A stretch of 64,000 nucleotides of DNA from the human T2T-CHM13v2.0 reference genome, Homo sapiens (GCF_009914755.1 NC_060931.1), one strand, 5' to 3'; counted from the first letter of the stretch, positions 1-17,569 are shown. Numbers and translations are program-made. Notes: generated by a model not told the origin, from the sequence alone.

Positions 1-76
1 GGAGGGGAGGGGAGGGAAAGGGAAAGGGAAAGGGAAAGGGAAAGGGAAAGGGAAAGGGAAGGGAATGGAAGGGAAG
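1..76 (+). repeat. (GGGAAA)n homopurine microsatellite, truncated by window edge
   Basis: ggaggggagg followed by repeated gggaaa units, read directly. Confidence 0.95.
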
Positions 77-574
77 TCCTAAAGACCATCAGTGATAACT
101 CATTCAATTAACAGACACTGATTGAATGCTGACTACCTGCAGCATTGCAGGTAGGTGCAAAGCAGTCCAGAGGCAGTCAAGATGTTGGCATTGATGGCCT
201 TACAAAGGCTCCTGCAACAGGACTCTGAGAGGCTGGGACAGACTCTTTGGGGGCCTGTATGATGACAAGGGCAGATGTATACCAGAAAGACTCTTCCCAG
301 GGAGGGATGCACAGACTTTCCAAACTGCCCAGGGGCCCTAAGTGTCTCGGTCGTCAAGAGTCCAGGGTTCCAGCTGGGGCTCTGAGAGACCAGTCGGTGA
401 GGGCAGCAGTTAGCAGCTGCTCTGTCTCTCAGAGCCTCCATGTCTGCATGTCTGAAAAACTCCATGAGGACTTTTTGTATAGAGGCCATCACCTGTGGAG
501 GAAGTTTGTCACAATGCCCTAGTAAAGCATTCGGTTGGGGGCTCCATATTCATTCAGTTCTAGTTAAGGACATA

Positions 575-730
575 TGTTTTGGAACCAGGAATTTGACCCA
601 GGTTCAAATTCTAACTTTGCTTCTTGTTAGTTGTGGGACTGTGGATAAATTACACAGACTCCCTAACTCAACTTCCTCAGCTGTAGAGTCAGGATGATAA
701 TTCTTACCTAATAGTGTTGTTTTAGTGGAT
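575..730 (+). mobile_element. MIR fragment
   Basis: ggttcaaattctaactttg...ttcctcagctgtagagtcaggatgataa resembles MIR core. Confidence 0.6.
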
Positions 731-899
731 TTTTATACCTTACTTTTGTCTGTAATGAGTTAAAATATAATGCAGCATAATAAACCACCCCAAATAGAGT
801 GGCATAAAACAAACATCATTTTGTTTTGTTTGCACAACTATGAGTCAGTAAGTCATGCATGGCGCAGTGAGGACAGCCAGCTTGCCTCTTCTCTACCAT

Positions 900-1250
900 G
901 CCTGGCAATCAGAGTCATCCATCCCTGTGTCCCAGAGATATAGTGGTTGGCTTAGGAATGGGCCTGGGAATCAACTCAGGCCAAAGAAGAGTGAGGGGGA
1001 GGAAGTTTACTGGGGGTGTCTAGAAAAGGAGTTTCCGTTCCTTTGTTATGTAGGACACGAGCTATGAATGAGAAAGTGTGGAACCTCAGGTGCACTGGCA
1101 GCCTCCCTGGCTCTAAGGATAGTCCACTGAGGAGGAAGCTGACCCTGTGGGCCTCAACGTAAGGGAGCAGAGGAAACATGGGCATCTGAGGTCATCACAG
1201 ACCATCCCACCCTGGACTTCACATTCTGAGAGTCAATAAACATCCTTACT
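900..1250 (+). mobile_element. old MLT1 (MaLR) LTR fragment
   Basis: degenerate MLT1-like text ending ctggacttcacattctgagagtcaataaacatcc. Confidence 0.45.
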
Positions 1251-1385
1251 GTTTTTTGTTTTTTGTTTTGAGACAGGGTCTTGCTGTGTTGCCCCGGCTG
1301 TTCTTGAACTCCTAGGATCAAGCAATCCTCCCACCTCAGCCCCCTGAGTAACTGAGACTACAGACACATGCCCTGACACCTGGCT
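1251..1385 (-). mobile_element. FLAM (Alu left monomer)
   Basis: T-rich tail, gagacagggtcttgctgtgttgcc...aactcctaggatcaagcaatcctcccacctcagc; flanked by tactgtttt on both sides. Confidence 0.85.
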
Positions 1386-2334
1386 CATGGACTACTGTTT
1401 TTACTTGAGGATTAAAGCATCATGACTAATATGATTGTTCACTATGATAACATGGGGTAACCACTCTATAAAGAGGAGCAGTATCATGGAGTTGCCTTTC
1501 TGCACAGAAGCTGCTGTTCATTTTGCCATCACAGCATCAGGTATACCAATATTCATGAAAAAGGCAGGGCTGCTTGATTATTTAACCTACTCTTTTCTAG
1601 GGAGGAAGTGTCCCCAGCCAGGGAAGGTGCATCAGGAAGCCACAAACTCTGAGTGGGGGCTGGAAAGGGGTGCAAATCCTCCACTGAGACTGTGGACCAT
1701 TCACCCTACCCTATAGTTCCCCCCAGAGACTCTGGCCTGAAACAGCATGGGTGTTTTGGAAGATACACTTACCATTCTGCTCTGCTCTATTTGTGTTGTT
1801 TTGGAAAAAAAAATCTTTACACAGTTAACACTTTGCTTTCCAAAGCATTTTAGGGAACAGGGTCAGCCTCATTCATTCCTAGCATCTTAATCAATTGTCT
1901 AAAGTCTTAAGCAGAACTCTCCAACACTTGATGCCAAAATGCCTTCATAGCCCCCAAAGAGACACTACTCAGGGACCCCCCACTATCCCAGAGTCAGAGC
2001 TATAACTGAATGCTCAAGTTAGGGTCTTTCAGGAATATGTCATGAAGCACAATCATTCTTCCAGAAGGGCTACTGAGAAATCCTATCACAGTAAAGAGGA
2101 CAGATTTGGGGGTCAATACAGCCACACCCCTTATTTGCCATGGGTCATAGGCTGGCCACCCAATGACTCCAAGCTTCAGTATTCTCAGTTATCATACAGA
2201 GACCATCTACTGTGGGCAAAATCAAGTAGACCATGGGTCTGAAGTGCCTAGCAAGATAGCGGCTCATGGTAAGACTCAGTCAGCAGGGATTATACTTCCT
2301 CCATCATGTGGAGGAACTTAGTAATATCTGGAGT

Positions 2335-2460
2335 AGGTTCAGTTCCTGCTCGACCACTGGTGAGACCCCTATTCTGCCTCCTTTCCTCATCTGTGAGATG
2401 GGGAAATAACAGCACCTACTCCATAGGGTGGCTTCTTAGGATTAAATTTGTATGTATGTA
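2335..2460 (+). mobile_element. MIR fragment
   Basis: tttcctcatctgtgagatggggaaataacagcacctactccataggg...aggattaaat. Confidence 0.7.
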
Positions 2461-3809
2461 ATGGAATGATCTGTGGTGTCACCAGCAATAAACTCTGGGG
2501 ACCATCCCTCCAGGTGAGCCATAAATACATGCTTGGGATCCTCCTGACTCCCAGGCCCATGGTTCATCAGGCTCATCCTGCCAGGAGAATGGCTTGACCA
2601 GGGATGGCCCTCAGTTACTTTCTTCTCTGGGGAAGAAGAGACTCAGAATGACAGCCTGGTCAGTCGATGGCAGTGTCCAAGGAATGGACCACCTAGGTAA
2701 GTACTCTGTGCATGGGACAGGACATCCTGTGCCTGTTCCCACCCTGATATGTTGACAGGTCCTTTGAAGGGCTGGGCAGGGCTGCCTGCAAGGTGAGTTT
2801 TGAGCTGGGCACCCTAATCTCAGCTGACAGGGACTCACCACACATATCCTCTGGTCCACCATTCAGCCCTTGTGGCATCATCTAGCTAGAGCCAGATGGG
2901 GGAACTCGACTTTGGTGGATATACACCAAAGAAAGAGAAAGAGGAAGCAAGGCTGCCTGGCACTGAGCATCTCGTTTTATAGCCATCTGTGAAAGAAGAG
3001 CTATCATTTAATTTAAATTTCCCTTGTATTCACAACTTTACAGGAAGAGTTAAAAATACATGAAATGTCAACTATTTGGATAACCTTTTGCCACTTCCCA
3101 ATAAATATGATGTACATGTTTCCATCTCAATAGCCAGAAGTGAGTTTCGCATTCTGTTTTGGTTTCAGCTGCCTCCAGGCACCCCTTTCTATGAATTGAC
3201 ACCCTCCACATGCATGTCTGTGGGGCACTTGGCCCTTTTCCAGTTTTTGGCTGCTATGAATAGCACCGCAAGAAATGCCCCTGGGCAAGCCATTTTTTTT
3301 TTTTCAAATCCATTACACATCTCACTAGAACATTGCTGTTTCCTTTTCTTCTTTTATTAGAGTCGAGGAAGAAAGGACTTATGCCAGCTAACTGAACAGA
3401 AAGGGCTCATTAAGGGGAATCTTTCTGGGAGGACAGGCAGCAGCTGTTCTAGGGGGGTCACTGTTGCTGGTGAGTGCAGGGGGGTCGCTGTTGCTGGTGG
3501 GTGCCGCCACACCTTGCCCCCTTCCCTTCTCCTGCGTCCAGGTCTGCTGGCTGGCACCTGCTCCCTGTGGTCTGCCCCTCATCACTGGCTTTCATGAGGA
3601 CGGCTGTGGCTCCTGCGGCACCAACTGGCCGATTTCCTTGCAGTGTTGATTTCCACCTTCAGCAAGCTCAATCTGTCAGATTCCATAGTCCATATTCCTC
3701 AACTGGCTGTCTCCTTAGTCTAAGTCTGATTTCACACAAGGCCAGGGCACGGGTAGGGCCTATGATGGGGCAGGAGGGCTCGGTCATGAAAGGAATCAAA
3801 TTTAGTTGA

Positions 3810-4596
<787 letters not shown>

Positions 4597-5399
4597 AAAT
4601 TTGATCTCCAAGTGGGATTTTACAAACCACGCCCAAAACTTAGTGACTGAAAACCACCACCATCTAATTTGTTCACAATTTTCTAGACCAGTGATTTAGA
4701 CTGGGCCTAACAGCACGGTGCTTCTGCCGGCCTCCCCTGGGATCCTTCCTGCCCTGGGGCTGGGGCTGGGGCCGCCTGCTGGGGTGTGCAGGCCGGGGGT
4801 CCTGAGGTGGAACATCCGCTGTGTTCCTCCATGGGATATCGTCCTGCACTTGCAGGACGTTGTCTCAGGGAGGTGGAGAGGGCAAGTCCTGGTGGCCAGG
4901 GGCTCTCCGTGCTCCTGCTGCATCTTATTTGCTAGGGTTATGTTGGCCAGTTTGGGAGAGTGATGCCCGTGGGTGCAGACATGTGACTTAGTGTGCTTTG
5001 GGAGCTGTTGCCTTAACACTTTACAACACACGTGCATGAAACTTCATACGAAACCTGGAAAGTTTGAAAGAAGATACATACTGCTTTACACTAAACATAC
5101 TACTTTAAACATACTACTTTAAACCAGGTCTCATTTCTGTATGTGGTCACTGTGAATGCATATCTTTTATTAAGCCTTATAATTATCTCATGCATAGCAA
5201 GATCATATTACATTTGTCTACTTTTTAAAAAGTTTTAACATATTTAATATAAACATTGAAAATGTACCACAAATTTTGTAATCCTGATATAGCTTTTTTT
5301 TTTTCATTTTTCTATACCAGGTGCCTGTAAAAATAGAAGTGAAATGGGCCTCTACTGGCCCCCCAAACCTCTGGTTATAAGTCTGGTTATAGGGTCGGC

Positions 5400-5780
5400 C
5401 CATAGATGGTCTGCTCTGAGGTGAGAGAAGCCAACTTAGAGGTGGAGATCAGTGCACAGGACAGTCACTGGAGGGTGTTCTCAGGATCACCTGTGGGAGG
5501 GAAGGAACAAAGTAAGAGTTGAAGATGGTGTTGAATGGCAACACTGTCACAGAAGTCTCAGCTGACCCTGTGGGCAGCTCTGTGCTGGCATCTCCTAAAT
5601 TGGGGCAAAGAGGTGGGGTTCTCATGATGACCACTCCCCTGTCAGTCAGCCATTGGATGTGGCTGCCCCCAGCAAGGGCACCTGAGCGCAGGCACGCCTT
5701 GCAGAGGGACTCCACTGGGCACGGCTGGCCACTCACACTGGCAGCAGCTGGAAGAGTGAGCCCATTCGTCGAAGAAGGGG
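5400..5780. mobile_element. LTR16-like ERV-L LTR
   Basis: tctcaggatcacctgtgggagggaagg...ctcagctgaccctgtgggcagctc...cagccattggatgtggctgcccc resembles recalled LTR16 consensus. Confidence 0.55.
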
Positions 5781-6325
5781 GATTGGGCTGGGTGGCCTGG
5801 CATCCGCATGCCACCCCGGTCACATCTCCTTCCTTGCACCCTTGCAGTAGGGGTGTTACCATGAAAGAGCCACGCAACCACAGGGAAGCACAGCTGCCCG
5901 AGCAGCAGGTCTGCGGGCACAGCAGCTTCCCCTGGAAGGAGCGTGGCCCTGGCAGGCCTGCTGAGGCTTGTCCAGTCCAGTACTATGAACGCTGGTGAGA
6001 ACTAATCCACAGATGTCTGGGTGCCCCGCCTCTTTGACATATATATTGGGGTTTTCTGTCGCAGGCATTTGTCTGCAAGCTTAACTGCTACACCCTGGAT
6101 CAGCTGCAGTCTCATCAATGGGCAGCCTCCCCTAACAGCCTGAATTTAGGGGAGACCAACCACATTCACAGGTCATAAACCACCCTCTTTCTGGTCTAAG
6201 ACTTCCTGACATGGATCTCGCAGCAGTGACAAAAGCCTCAAGGCTTGTTCTCAAGTGGTGATCCCCACACGGCACCGCCTACAAATGTGGTCTTCACTGA
6301 CCCACCTGGAGTCTCTCCCATGGAG

Positions 6326-6681
6326 TGTCTTAGCCAGCTCAGGCTCCCATAAGAACATATCACAGACTGAGGGTCTTAAACAATAGACCCTTATTTTCTC
6401 ATGCTTCTGGAAGCCAAAGTCCGAGAAAAAAGCCTGCCCAAGGCGTGGGCAGGACTAGTTTCTCCCCAGCCCATGCACCTGTGTTCTTACAGGGTCTGCC
6501 CACTGAGTGTCCGTGTCCCAATCTCCTTTTATAAGGACACTAGTTAGGTTGGATTAGGGCCTACTCTTATGACCTCCTTTCACCTTAATTACCACCTTCT
6601 AGACCCTATCTTCAAATACAGTCACATTGGGGTTTGGGCTTCAACTTATGGATTTTAGGGGATACAGCTCAGTCCACAGCA
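6326..6681 (-). mobile_element. MLT1A-type MaLR solo LTR
   Basis: tgtcttagccagctcaggct...ataaggacactagttaggttggattagggcc...cagtccacagca. Confidence 0.8.
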
Positions 6682-7625
6682 TCCCCAGCTCACTGCTCTA
6701 TGCATGTCCTCTTGCAGTGGTGGCTTCCAACCCTGGCCACAGGTCACCTTTTGCTTTTTTTTAGCTGCTTTTCAGAATTTCCTAGGCTTGAAGAGTAATG
6801 GAATTATTTACTTCCCCTCCACCTAAACCAAGACCTGTGGTCTAGTGTGTGCTGGCCTCCAGTGGTCATCCTTGATCAAAAGATCCTTGAAGCATCCTCC
6901 TGGAAGAGGCCTTAGATTGAGTCTTCAGCCACGTCAGAAGCTGGCCTTTTCCCTCTGCAGAAACAGGACTTGCATTCTGTCCAGCTGCATCCTCTGTCCC
7001 TCCTCCTCTTCCTCCCTGTTCCTCTAGGTTCTACCACTTACCTGCCCCCAGGTCCCCTTGTTCCATCCCAGCATTTTTACTGCCCAGGAACCAAGGCTGA
7101 GGAATTCTAGGTAGGGTGCCAGGGCTGGCCTGGAACCTCCAGGAGGGACACCTGCAGGGCCAGACCAGGCCACAAACTGAGGCAAGACTTACAAAGAGAA
7201 GTTTCAGGAAGCAGGTGCCTGACAGGTCCCCACGATCTGGGTCCTGTCCGTGCTCCAGGGAATGCCATGAATGCGGAGTGCTGAAGACAAATGGCCAGGG
7301 TGTGTGTGGGGGAGGGAGGGTGAGACCATGAGAATGAGTCCTCCTTGTCGAACCCTGTAACTCTTCCCGAGTCATGCCACCTTCCTTTCCACTGATGTGC
7401 CAATGGCTGCAATTCAGCCTACTCCCTGAGCTCCAGACTCTTGTTTGCAACCACCTTCCAGACATTTTCCCCCGGGCCCCCTGCACACACTTCAAGCATG
7501 GCATGTCCCACATGGAGCTTGTCATCCCAGACTCCTTTCTTCTTGCAGTCATTGGTGCCACAACTGACTGCACCTGCACGCCTGAGCAGGAGGCAGAATA
7601 ACCTGCCCCAGGCTACGCTGAGTAG

Positions 7626-7800
7626 AGCTGTTCCTCAAAGTGTTGTCCTCAGCCCAGCAGCATCCACGCCTCTTGCAAACTTAGTAGAAATGTGAATTCC
7701 TGGGCCCTACCCAGACCTGCAAAATCAGATCTTTGTGGGGGTGCTCCAGAGATCTGTGCCCTAACCAGTTCTGGCATGCTGGCCTTTGAGAACAACTGGC
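7626..7800. mobile_element. MER5A (hAT-Charlie MITE)
   Basis: ttcctcaaagtg...cagcagcatc...agaaatgtgaattcctgggccctacccagacc...tttgagaacaactg. Confidence 0.75.
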
Positions 7801-9089
7801 GTAGAAAGATCAAGACCCAGAAGTCATCCCAGACATAGCTGGGCTATTTAATGTCCATCTTCCCCATCTAACAGGGCTCTGGGGGCCCAGATTCAATCCC
7901 ACTCTCCTTTTACACCAGCACTGACACCTGTCTGGCTTTAAGGAGGGGCTCCAATGCTTCAAACTGAACTGCAGTCATGATATTGGTTCAAAACGGTTAC
8001 CTTAGTGCCAGAGATGTCCTGATGTGTGAAAAATTTGACCACTTCCCCAGGCCTGTGACTTTGTTGGGTTCTGTAGTTGCTTGTGAGGACAGGAGACAAC
8101 AGTTGACACACATCTGTGACTTTCCAGGACAGCATCTCCCTGCAGCATTGCTATCTCCTCAGTGCTCCAGGTAGATTTCCTCGTCCAGATTCCATTGGTT
8201 AAGACTGCATTTGATATTTACATAAACTACGTTTTCACTCCTAGACAAATAGTAGGTGTGCCATGCAATTTGTCCCAGTCCCTGAGGAAATGGGTTTATG
8301 TGGCAGCAGCTATGGAGGGCAGCTATGACCTTGGTCCCTTGTTCTGGACCTTGGGAGAGTCCCTGGCAGCCTTCCCCACACTGAGCTCTGCAGAAATAGC
8401 ACAAGGCACGGTTGCACCCAGAAAAGGGGCTTAGTGGAAATAAGTATGCCTTCACTATAATAGGGTATATGTGATATCTCAAAACATTTTTATTTCAAAG
8501 TTGAAATAATTCATTTAATGAGCAAACTTATTGCACTCTGCTGTGATTTATACAATGAGACCACCATAGCTAATTAGGCCATTGATAGTCACCAGAGCCA
8601 AGGTAGCCAATTCAGAGGCCAGTGAATGACCAGTGAGATGGCCAAGATTGAAACAATCCCCCGATCTCTCTAATTCTTGCCTAGAACATCTATTTGGGAA
8701 ATAGGGTAGGACTGACCTAGTTTACAGTGAGGGTATCAGACAACACAATGTCATGAGATCACATGTGAATAAGCAGTGGAAACCCAAAAATAGAAGAAAA
8801 TGGAGATTTGCTAAGGTAACACAAGGAAGAGCCTACAATGAGAGAGAGAGAGAATTGGTTGATGAAGCTCATTTGCTTTCTGCAACTTTTGAGATTTAGT
8901 CTACACGTTTCTTGCTTTACCCAAGGTAAATTTGAGTGAGCCTGTGTTTTTTGAAACTAAAAGAAACTGTTCTTTAAAACTACAAGCCGCTGGACTGTGC
9001 CAGGATCTGGAATTTAAGCTTAATTATCACCAGTACTTTTGGAGTAGCAAGTATTTTATTGTCATTTGTAATAAAGGCAACACCAGGGT

Positions 9090-9240
9090 ATGAAGGTGGT
9101 CATGGACCTAGGAGCCAGACTTCTGGAGTTCAAATTGTTCTTATTTCCAGCTGGTCAATCTCAGGCAAATTATCTAACTTCTCTGAACCAGTGTTTCCCC
9201 AGCGCCTGGAACAAAGCAGTGCTCAGTGAACATTAGCTAT
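9090..9240 (+). mobile_element. MIR fragment
   Basis: ggagccagacttctggagttcaaat...ggcaaattatctaacttctctgaacc. Confidence 0.65.
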
Positions 9241-9352
9241 TCAAAACTCTCACCCTTCCCTCTGTCTTATAGTATTCCCACCAGAATTATTCACAGCACT
9301 CCTGAAATCCAGTCCATTTTAACTTAATACTTTTTTAGTTACCTGGATTCAA

Positions 9353-9887
9353 TGAGACAGGTTAGCAATAAGCAGGTTAGTTGCTTACCGCATGCAGAGT
9401 CTGGTATAAAGAAAGTGATTTATTCTCAAACTAGCTTAGGGGAAGAGGCACAGGCATCCTGCCTTTAAATGTGCCACTTCACTTTTGGAGCAGAAAGCGA
9501 CCACTTTTAAAAGGCAGGGGAGGAAGTGAGCAAGGGCAGAGAGCTCTGCATGCCAGCTCCAGTGCCACCAGTGACTGCTAGCGCATTCGTGGGCAGGCTG
9601 TTATCCCTCAAGGCAACCTCCTGTAGGGTGAGAGCTCCCTAGTGGGGATACTTTGTTTTGTAAATCAACTGTTAACTCTCAGGGGTTCCACCTTGAAGCC
9701 CATAGTTAGATGAACTTGCCCCCTTAGGGAGATGGAGGCATCTCCCTACGGAGATGGAGTGGGGCAGTGGGGGTAAAAGGCTATATATTTGCATTTCGGA
9801 AAGGTGAGGAAGTGGGGAAACAGAAACAGGAAAAGAAGAAAAATATAATTAAACAATCTCTTAGAAAAACGGGGGTACTCAGTCACA
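9353..9887 (-). mobile_element. ERV1-class solo LTR (MER66-like; family uncertain)
   Basis: tgagacagg...ttagaaaaacgggggtactcagtcaca with TG/CA ends and reversed AATAAA (tttatt ~9419). Confidence 0.55.
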
Positions 9888-9933
9888 ATAGAATGCATGA
9901 AAGGGCTTTATAAACTGTTAATCACTTCCTAGA

Positions 9934-10050
9934 TCAGTTGTTTTCAAAGTGAGATTTGCCAACCAGCAGGATCAAGATTACTTGGGAACTCCTTGGAAAA
10001 GCAATTTCTCAGTGCAAGCCCCAGACCCAGACTACTGAATCAGAAACTCA
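9934..10050. mobile_element. MER5 fragment
   Basis: cagttgttttcaaagtg...cccagacccagactactgaatcagaaactc. Confidence 0.7.
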
Positions 10051-10861
10051 AGCAGGCCATTTACCTGGGGCAATAGTTATAAGTAGATTTTTTATCCCTA
10101 CCCTAAACTGTGGAATATTCCCTACCTCCCCCACCCCTCCAGAGGCAAGGGAATCATAGCCAGGGTCCTGAGAAGATAACCCAAATGAAAATCCAGTCCC
10201 AAAGGGCCAACTTGCAGCAAGCTTACCAGACCCAATTTGCCTGTCCATGCATCATGTAGCATGCAGTAATGGGAACTCCAAGGCCCAGGCCCTGCCCACA
10301 TTCCAGGAAACTCCCAGCCTTGGCCAGGAACCAAGATGACATCAGGTCCTGAGGCCTACACCCTTAGGTGACCAGAGGCCACTTGTTCATCCTTCAAAAT
10401 GAGAAAGGAAGCAGCAACCTCCTGGAGCACAGGGTTCCCCTCCTGTTTTATGCTACAAAAAGAAATAGACAGCCTTACATATCAACTGTAGCCTTGTAGA
10501 ATTCACAAAGCCCGTGAAGTGAACTCAGCATCCTGCACAGAGAAGCCACTGCTGTCTCTGAGCTCAGGAGCTGCAGGAAGCTTCTGCTCTGCTCCCTCCA
10601 GGTGTAGGAAGGCCCTGCTCTGGCCACAGCCAAGGAATCTTCTCTTCCCCATGGTTAACACTACTTGTACTCCACCCTCCCTAATCTACAGCAGTTTCAA
10701 ACTAAAGTAACTCACACTTAAGAATAAAACCAACAAAGAGTGCAGTTATTTTTATTATCAGCCAACTTGGGGAAACAAGGATGTAGTTGATTGAATCCTC
10801 ATTTTATTCATGATTTTTATATTTGAAAGGTGTAACATTGGTAAATATTTCTGTTCCTTAA

Positions 10862-11200
<339 letters not shown>

Positions 11201-11444
11201 TAATAGCAATGAACATGTTAATCCTGAGGCTTTATAATTTTCATTTTAAAACTGCCTATTATCTCAAGCTGAAAATAAAGTGAAAAATTATTGCATATAC
11301 AATCATAATGATAAATGAGAAATGCCCAGTTTCTATTTTCTTGGTTATTACAAAACATTAATACAGTGTTTAGTTTTAGAAAGTGTCTGTTTATACACCA
11401 TGTCAACTGAGTCCTATTGCATTGATTCTCAATCTTCATGGTAC

Positions 11445-12029
11445 TGTGAAAGGAAAATAAATCTTGGGACCTCAAACTCATTCAGCAAAAGGGAAAAGTC
11501 AAGCTGGGAACTGGGTCATGCATACCTGCCTCCCATTTTGGTTCCTGAATAAGATGACTACAAAGAGGAAAGGCTACATACCTCCCTCACATTTTGCCAC
11601 GAGGAAATTCCCTGCAGGCCCCAAGAGCTTTACCCTAAAGCTTATCGGTTAGAGTTCACCATGGCAACGTAAATTGATAGCTTATCTTCACAGGTGCAGA
11701 GACATAGGACAGAACTCAAAGACATCCCTCTGCCCACCTGAGACAAATGCATATCTGATTGTTTCCTCTGCCCTATTGTTTCCATTATCTTATGTAAAAA
11801 TGCAGATTCACTGAGCCAGACAAAGGCATGAATGACTGTTTTCCCCTACTGCCCTCTCACATGAAAATTGTGTATTTCTCAATATCCCACCCTTCCCCAT
11901 TTAAATATTGAAGCTCTCAAAGTCATCTTTAGAGAAAGGCATAGACATGTCTTTCAGCACATCCTTAACTTTGACAAATAAACCTCCTAAAATGATTGAG
12001 ACTTTCTTGGTCATTTTCGTTGATTGACA
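11445..12029 (+). mobile_element. MER4-family (ERV1) solo LTR inserted into a MER5
   Basis: tgtgaaaggaaaataaatcttgggacc...gattgaca; exact 4-bp TSD gtac at 11441-11444 and 12030-12033; MER5-like sequence on both sides. Confidence 0.85.
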
Positions 12030-12115
12030 GTACCTATGAGTCACGTGGGAAACCTGTTAAAATGAAAATTCTGATTCAGTAGATTTGAGGGAGGGCCTGA
12101 GTTGGAAATGTTTTA

Positions 12116-12438
<323 letters not shown>

Positions 12439-12467
12439 TAAATGCTTCATGGACTATACATTAAGTA

Positions 12468-12787
12468 TGATATTGTTTGGCTGTGTCCCCACCGAAATCG
12501 CATCTTGAACTGTAGCTCCCACAATTACTATATGTCATGGAGGGACCCAGGGGGAGGCAATTGAATCATAGGGGCGGGTCTTTGCCTTGCTGTTCATGTG
12601 ATAGCAAATAAGTCTCACAGGATCTGATGGTTTTATAAAGGGGAATTCCCCTGCACAAGCCCTCTCTTGCCTGCTGCTATGTAAGACCTCCCTTGCTCTT
12701 CCACCATGATTATGAGGCCTCCCCAGCCATGTGGAACTGTGAGTCTTGGGTATGTCTTTATTAGCAGTATGAGAACAGATTAATACA
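12468..12787 (+). mobile_element. THE1B-type MaLR solo LTR
   Basis: tgatattgtttggctgtgtccccacc...gagaacagattaataca; near-TSD aagta/gagta. Confidence 0.85.
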
Positions 12788-12799
12788 GAGTAGTCATCT

Positions 12800-14948
<2,149 letters not shown>

Positions 14949-15139
14949 GCTGAGGCTCAGAAGAGTTACCTGACTTTCCCACAGTCTCTCCACATTCCAC
15001 AGGAAACCATGATTTCAGATGTTTCCTCAACTCCAAGTCCAGTGTCTTTGCACAGCAAACCTTACAGCAAGGACGTTCTTTCTCCCTCTTGGCCTCTGTG
15101 CTGTTCTTGTCATACATCTTACTCCATGTTGTAGACCTC

Positions 15140-15560
15140 ATAAAACATTTTTATTTGTTTTGGTTTAAATAGTCAATTATGTTTTTAAAATATTTTTTTA
15201 AATCATGAAAAAGTTATTTTATATTTGCCCACCTATCATTCCTGATACTCTTCATTCCTTTGTATAAATACAGATTTCCATCTTTACTGTGATTCTGCTG
15301 GTAATGAATGGTTTGGAAGCTTTTTAGTGCCTGAAAATGTTTTTATTTGCCTTTATTTCTGAAAACAAATTATTAGACTTGGAACTCTATAAAGAGTTTT
15401 TTTTAAAAAAGATGTTGTTTCAATGTTTCTGGTTTGTATACTTCCGACAAGAAGTCTGCTGTTGTTCCATGGATCTTGTCTAGTTTTTAAATTGTTTCAT
15501 ATGGGAGGGTAAATCTGGTTCCTGTTATTCTATCTTGGCCAGAAGCTGAAATCCTTTTCT
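15140..15560 (-). mobile_element. old L1M fragments
   Basis: cctgaaaatgtttttatttgcctttatttctgaaa...gaagtctgctgtt resembles reversed L1M text. Confidence 0.5.
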
Positions 15561-16885
15561 CAGTTTTGAGTCCTTATTAGTAGTGACCTTTATCATGACC
15601 TCAGGCCTCTGTCATTACAATAATAGTTTTAGCATTTGCATACTGTGTTACTCGGGTACCCGGGAACTTTTGAGTCACTTATATGCACTACATAGACCAT
15701 AGGTAGCCAAGAAAAATGCCATGAGCTCAGCTGTCTATACACCTTCCGCTGTTGTCTTTGTGGTGGCCGCATGCCAGGTTTCCTCCAAAGATTTGCAACC
15801 TCCTCTGGCATACTTCCCTACTAGTTCACTCACTCAAGCACACCAGTGGCACTAAAGGTGGAGAATTATATTTGGCGGAGGATTCAGTCTCCATCATACT
15901 CTCCTCCCAGCCATGATGCTGACATCTGGACTGAATTATGAAGCAGATACTTCACATCTTGAGTGTGTGAGGCTTAGAGAAGGCGATGGGTACCAACACA
16001 CTTAGAAATCATAACATTCATTGAAATAGAATATAATATTTTGTACTTGCATTTTATTTGGGTGTGTTTAATGGCTGTAGGTTATAGTTTAGAACATACA
16101 AATAAAACACTTTATTGGATTTATGGGGAGCCAGAGATGCCTGGAATTTCTGCTCATGGACCCTTATCCAGTTCAGGGATTGGCACATCCCTTATGCAAT
16201 TACACCTCTACACCTTACACCCCTTAAACATCTCTTTCTCTACCCAACGTAGTAAACTATCTCAAATAATCTCTGTCTCAGACCTTGGCCGGAGAAGTAA
16301 AAAAAAAAAAAAATACTGAAGTACAAATCAGGGGACAAAAGCTGTGGCCCTTGGAAAAGAATATCGTCTCCAGGTGTGTACTGTTTGACTTACACTTTGC
16401 TTAACAAATGCCCACATGGTCTTTAGGCAGAGCTGTGTTCTTTAGTGCCGGTCAACTGCTTCCTTGTCCTTTACATGTTGATCTACCTGACTTCTGAAGA
16501 CATCTGACCCTGACTATTTAAGCAGAAGCCACTTTGTTGAGGGAAAGGGAATCTGTACTTAGGCAGGAGAGGAGTTTCTCCAAGGGCTGGTGTTTTCATG
16601 TTGTCAGTTAGTAGTTTGGAGTTTATTGCCTTCTCTCAGGCAATAGGTACAGTCCTTAAGCACTCCCTTTGATTGGAATACTCATCTTTCCAAGCTTACT
16701 CGCTCATTACTGTCCCACTCGGCCACTCTGGATTAGGACTTTCCCTGCCCTCCACCACGCTCCCAATGCTCTTTTAAGCATCTCTCCTTGTTTCAGTCTT
16801 ACATATGTTTTGCATCCTTATTTGATCTTTCACAGGTGAGAGAAATGAAGTCTCATACCTGATGTGTTTCTGTTTGTTCTCATAA

Positions 16886-17235
<350 letters not shown>

Positions 17236-17569
17236 TGATGCTGTTATTAAGTGTGTACATATTTATCACAGTTAGATCTTAGTGCATGTTGTACCCTTTA
17301 TCATTGAAACATGACCTTCTTGGTCTCATTTAATATTTCTTTGCAACTTTTCTGTATGTTTGAAACCTCTTGTTATAAAAATAATTGTTGAAACTAGTTG
17401 AAGGTTATTTAGATATTCATTGTTCTATTCTTTCAATTTCTCCATAGGCTTTACGATTTTCTAATTGAAAAGCTGGAACGTGGGAGGATAACAACATGGA
17501 AGCTACTCAGAGTACATGTTCAACAAATGTGAATACTTATGGTTTTGGGAATATGTGGAAAGTGCAAAA

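Noticed and set aside
133-154. 9-bp stem hairpin ctacctgca-gcat-tgcaggtag
   Set aside because: Too short to be significant in 64 kb; lies in an L2-like remnant.
5449-5998. Overlapping 142-159 aa ORFs in GC-rich sequence
   Set aside because: Overlap an LTR16-like element; GC richness lowers stop frequency; no homology seen.
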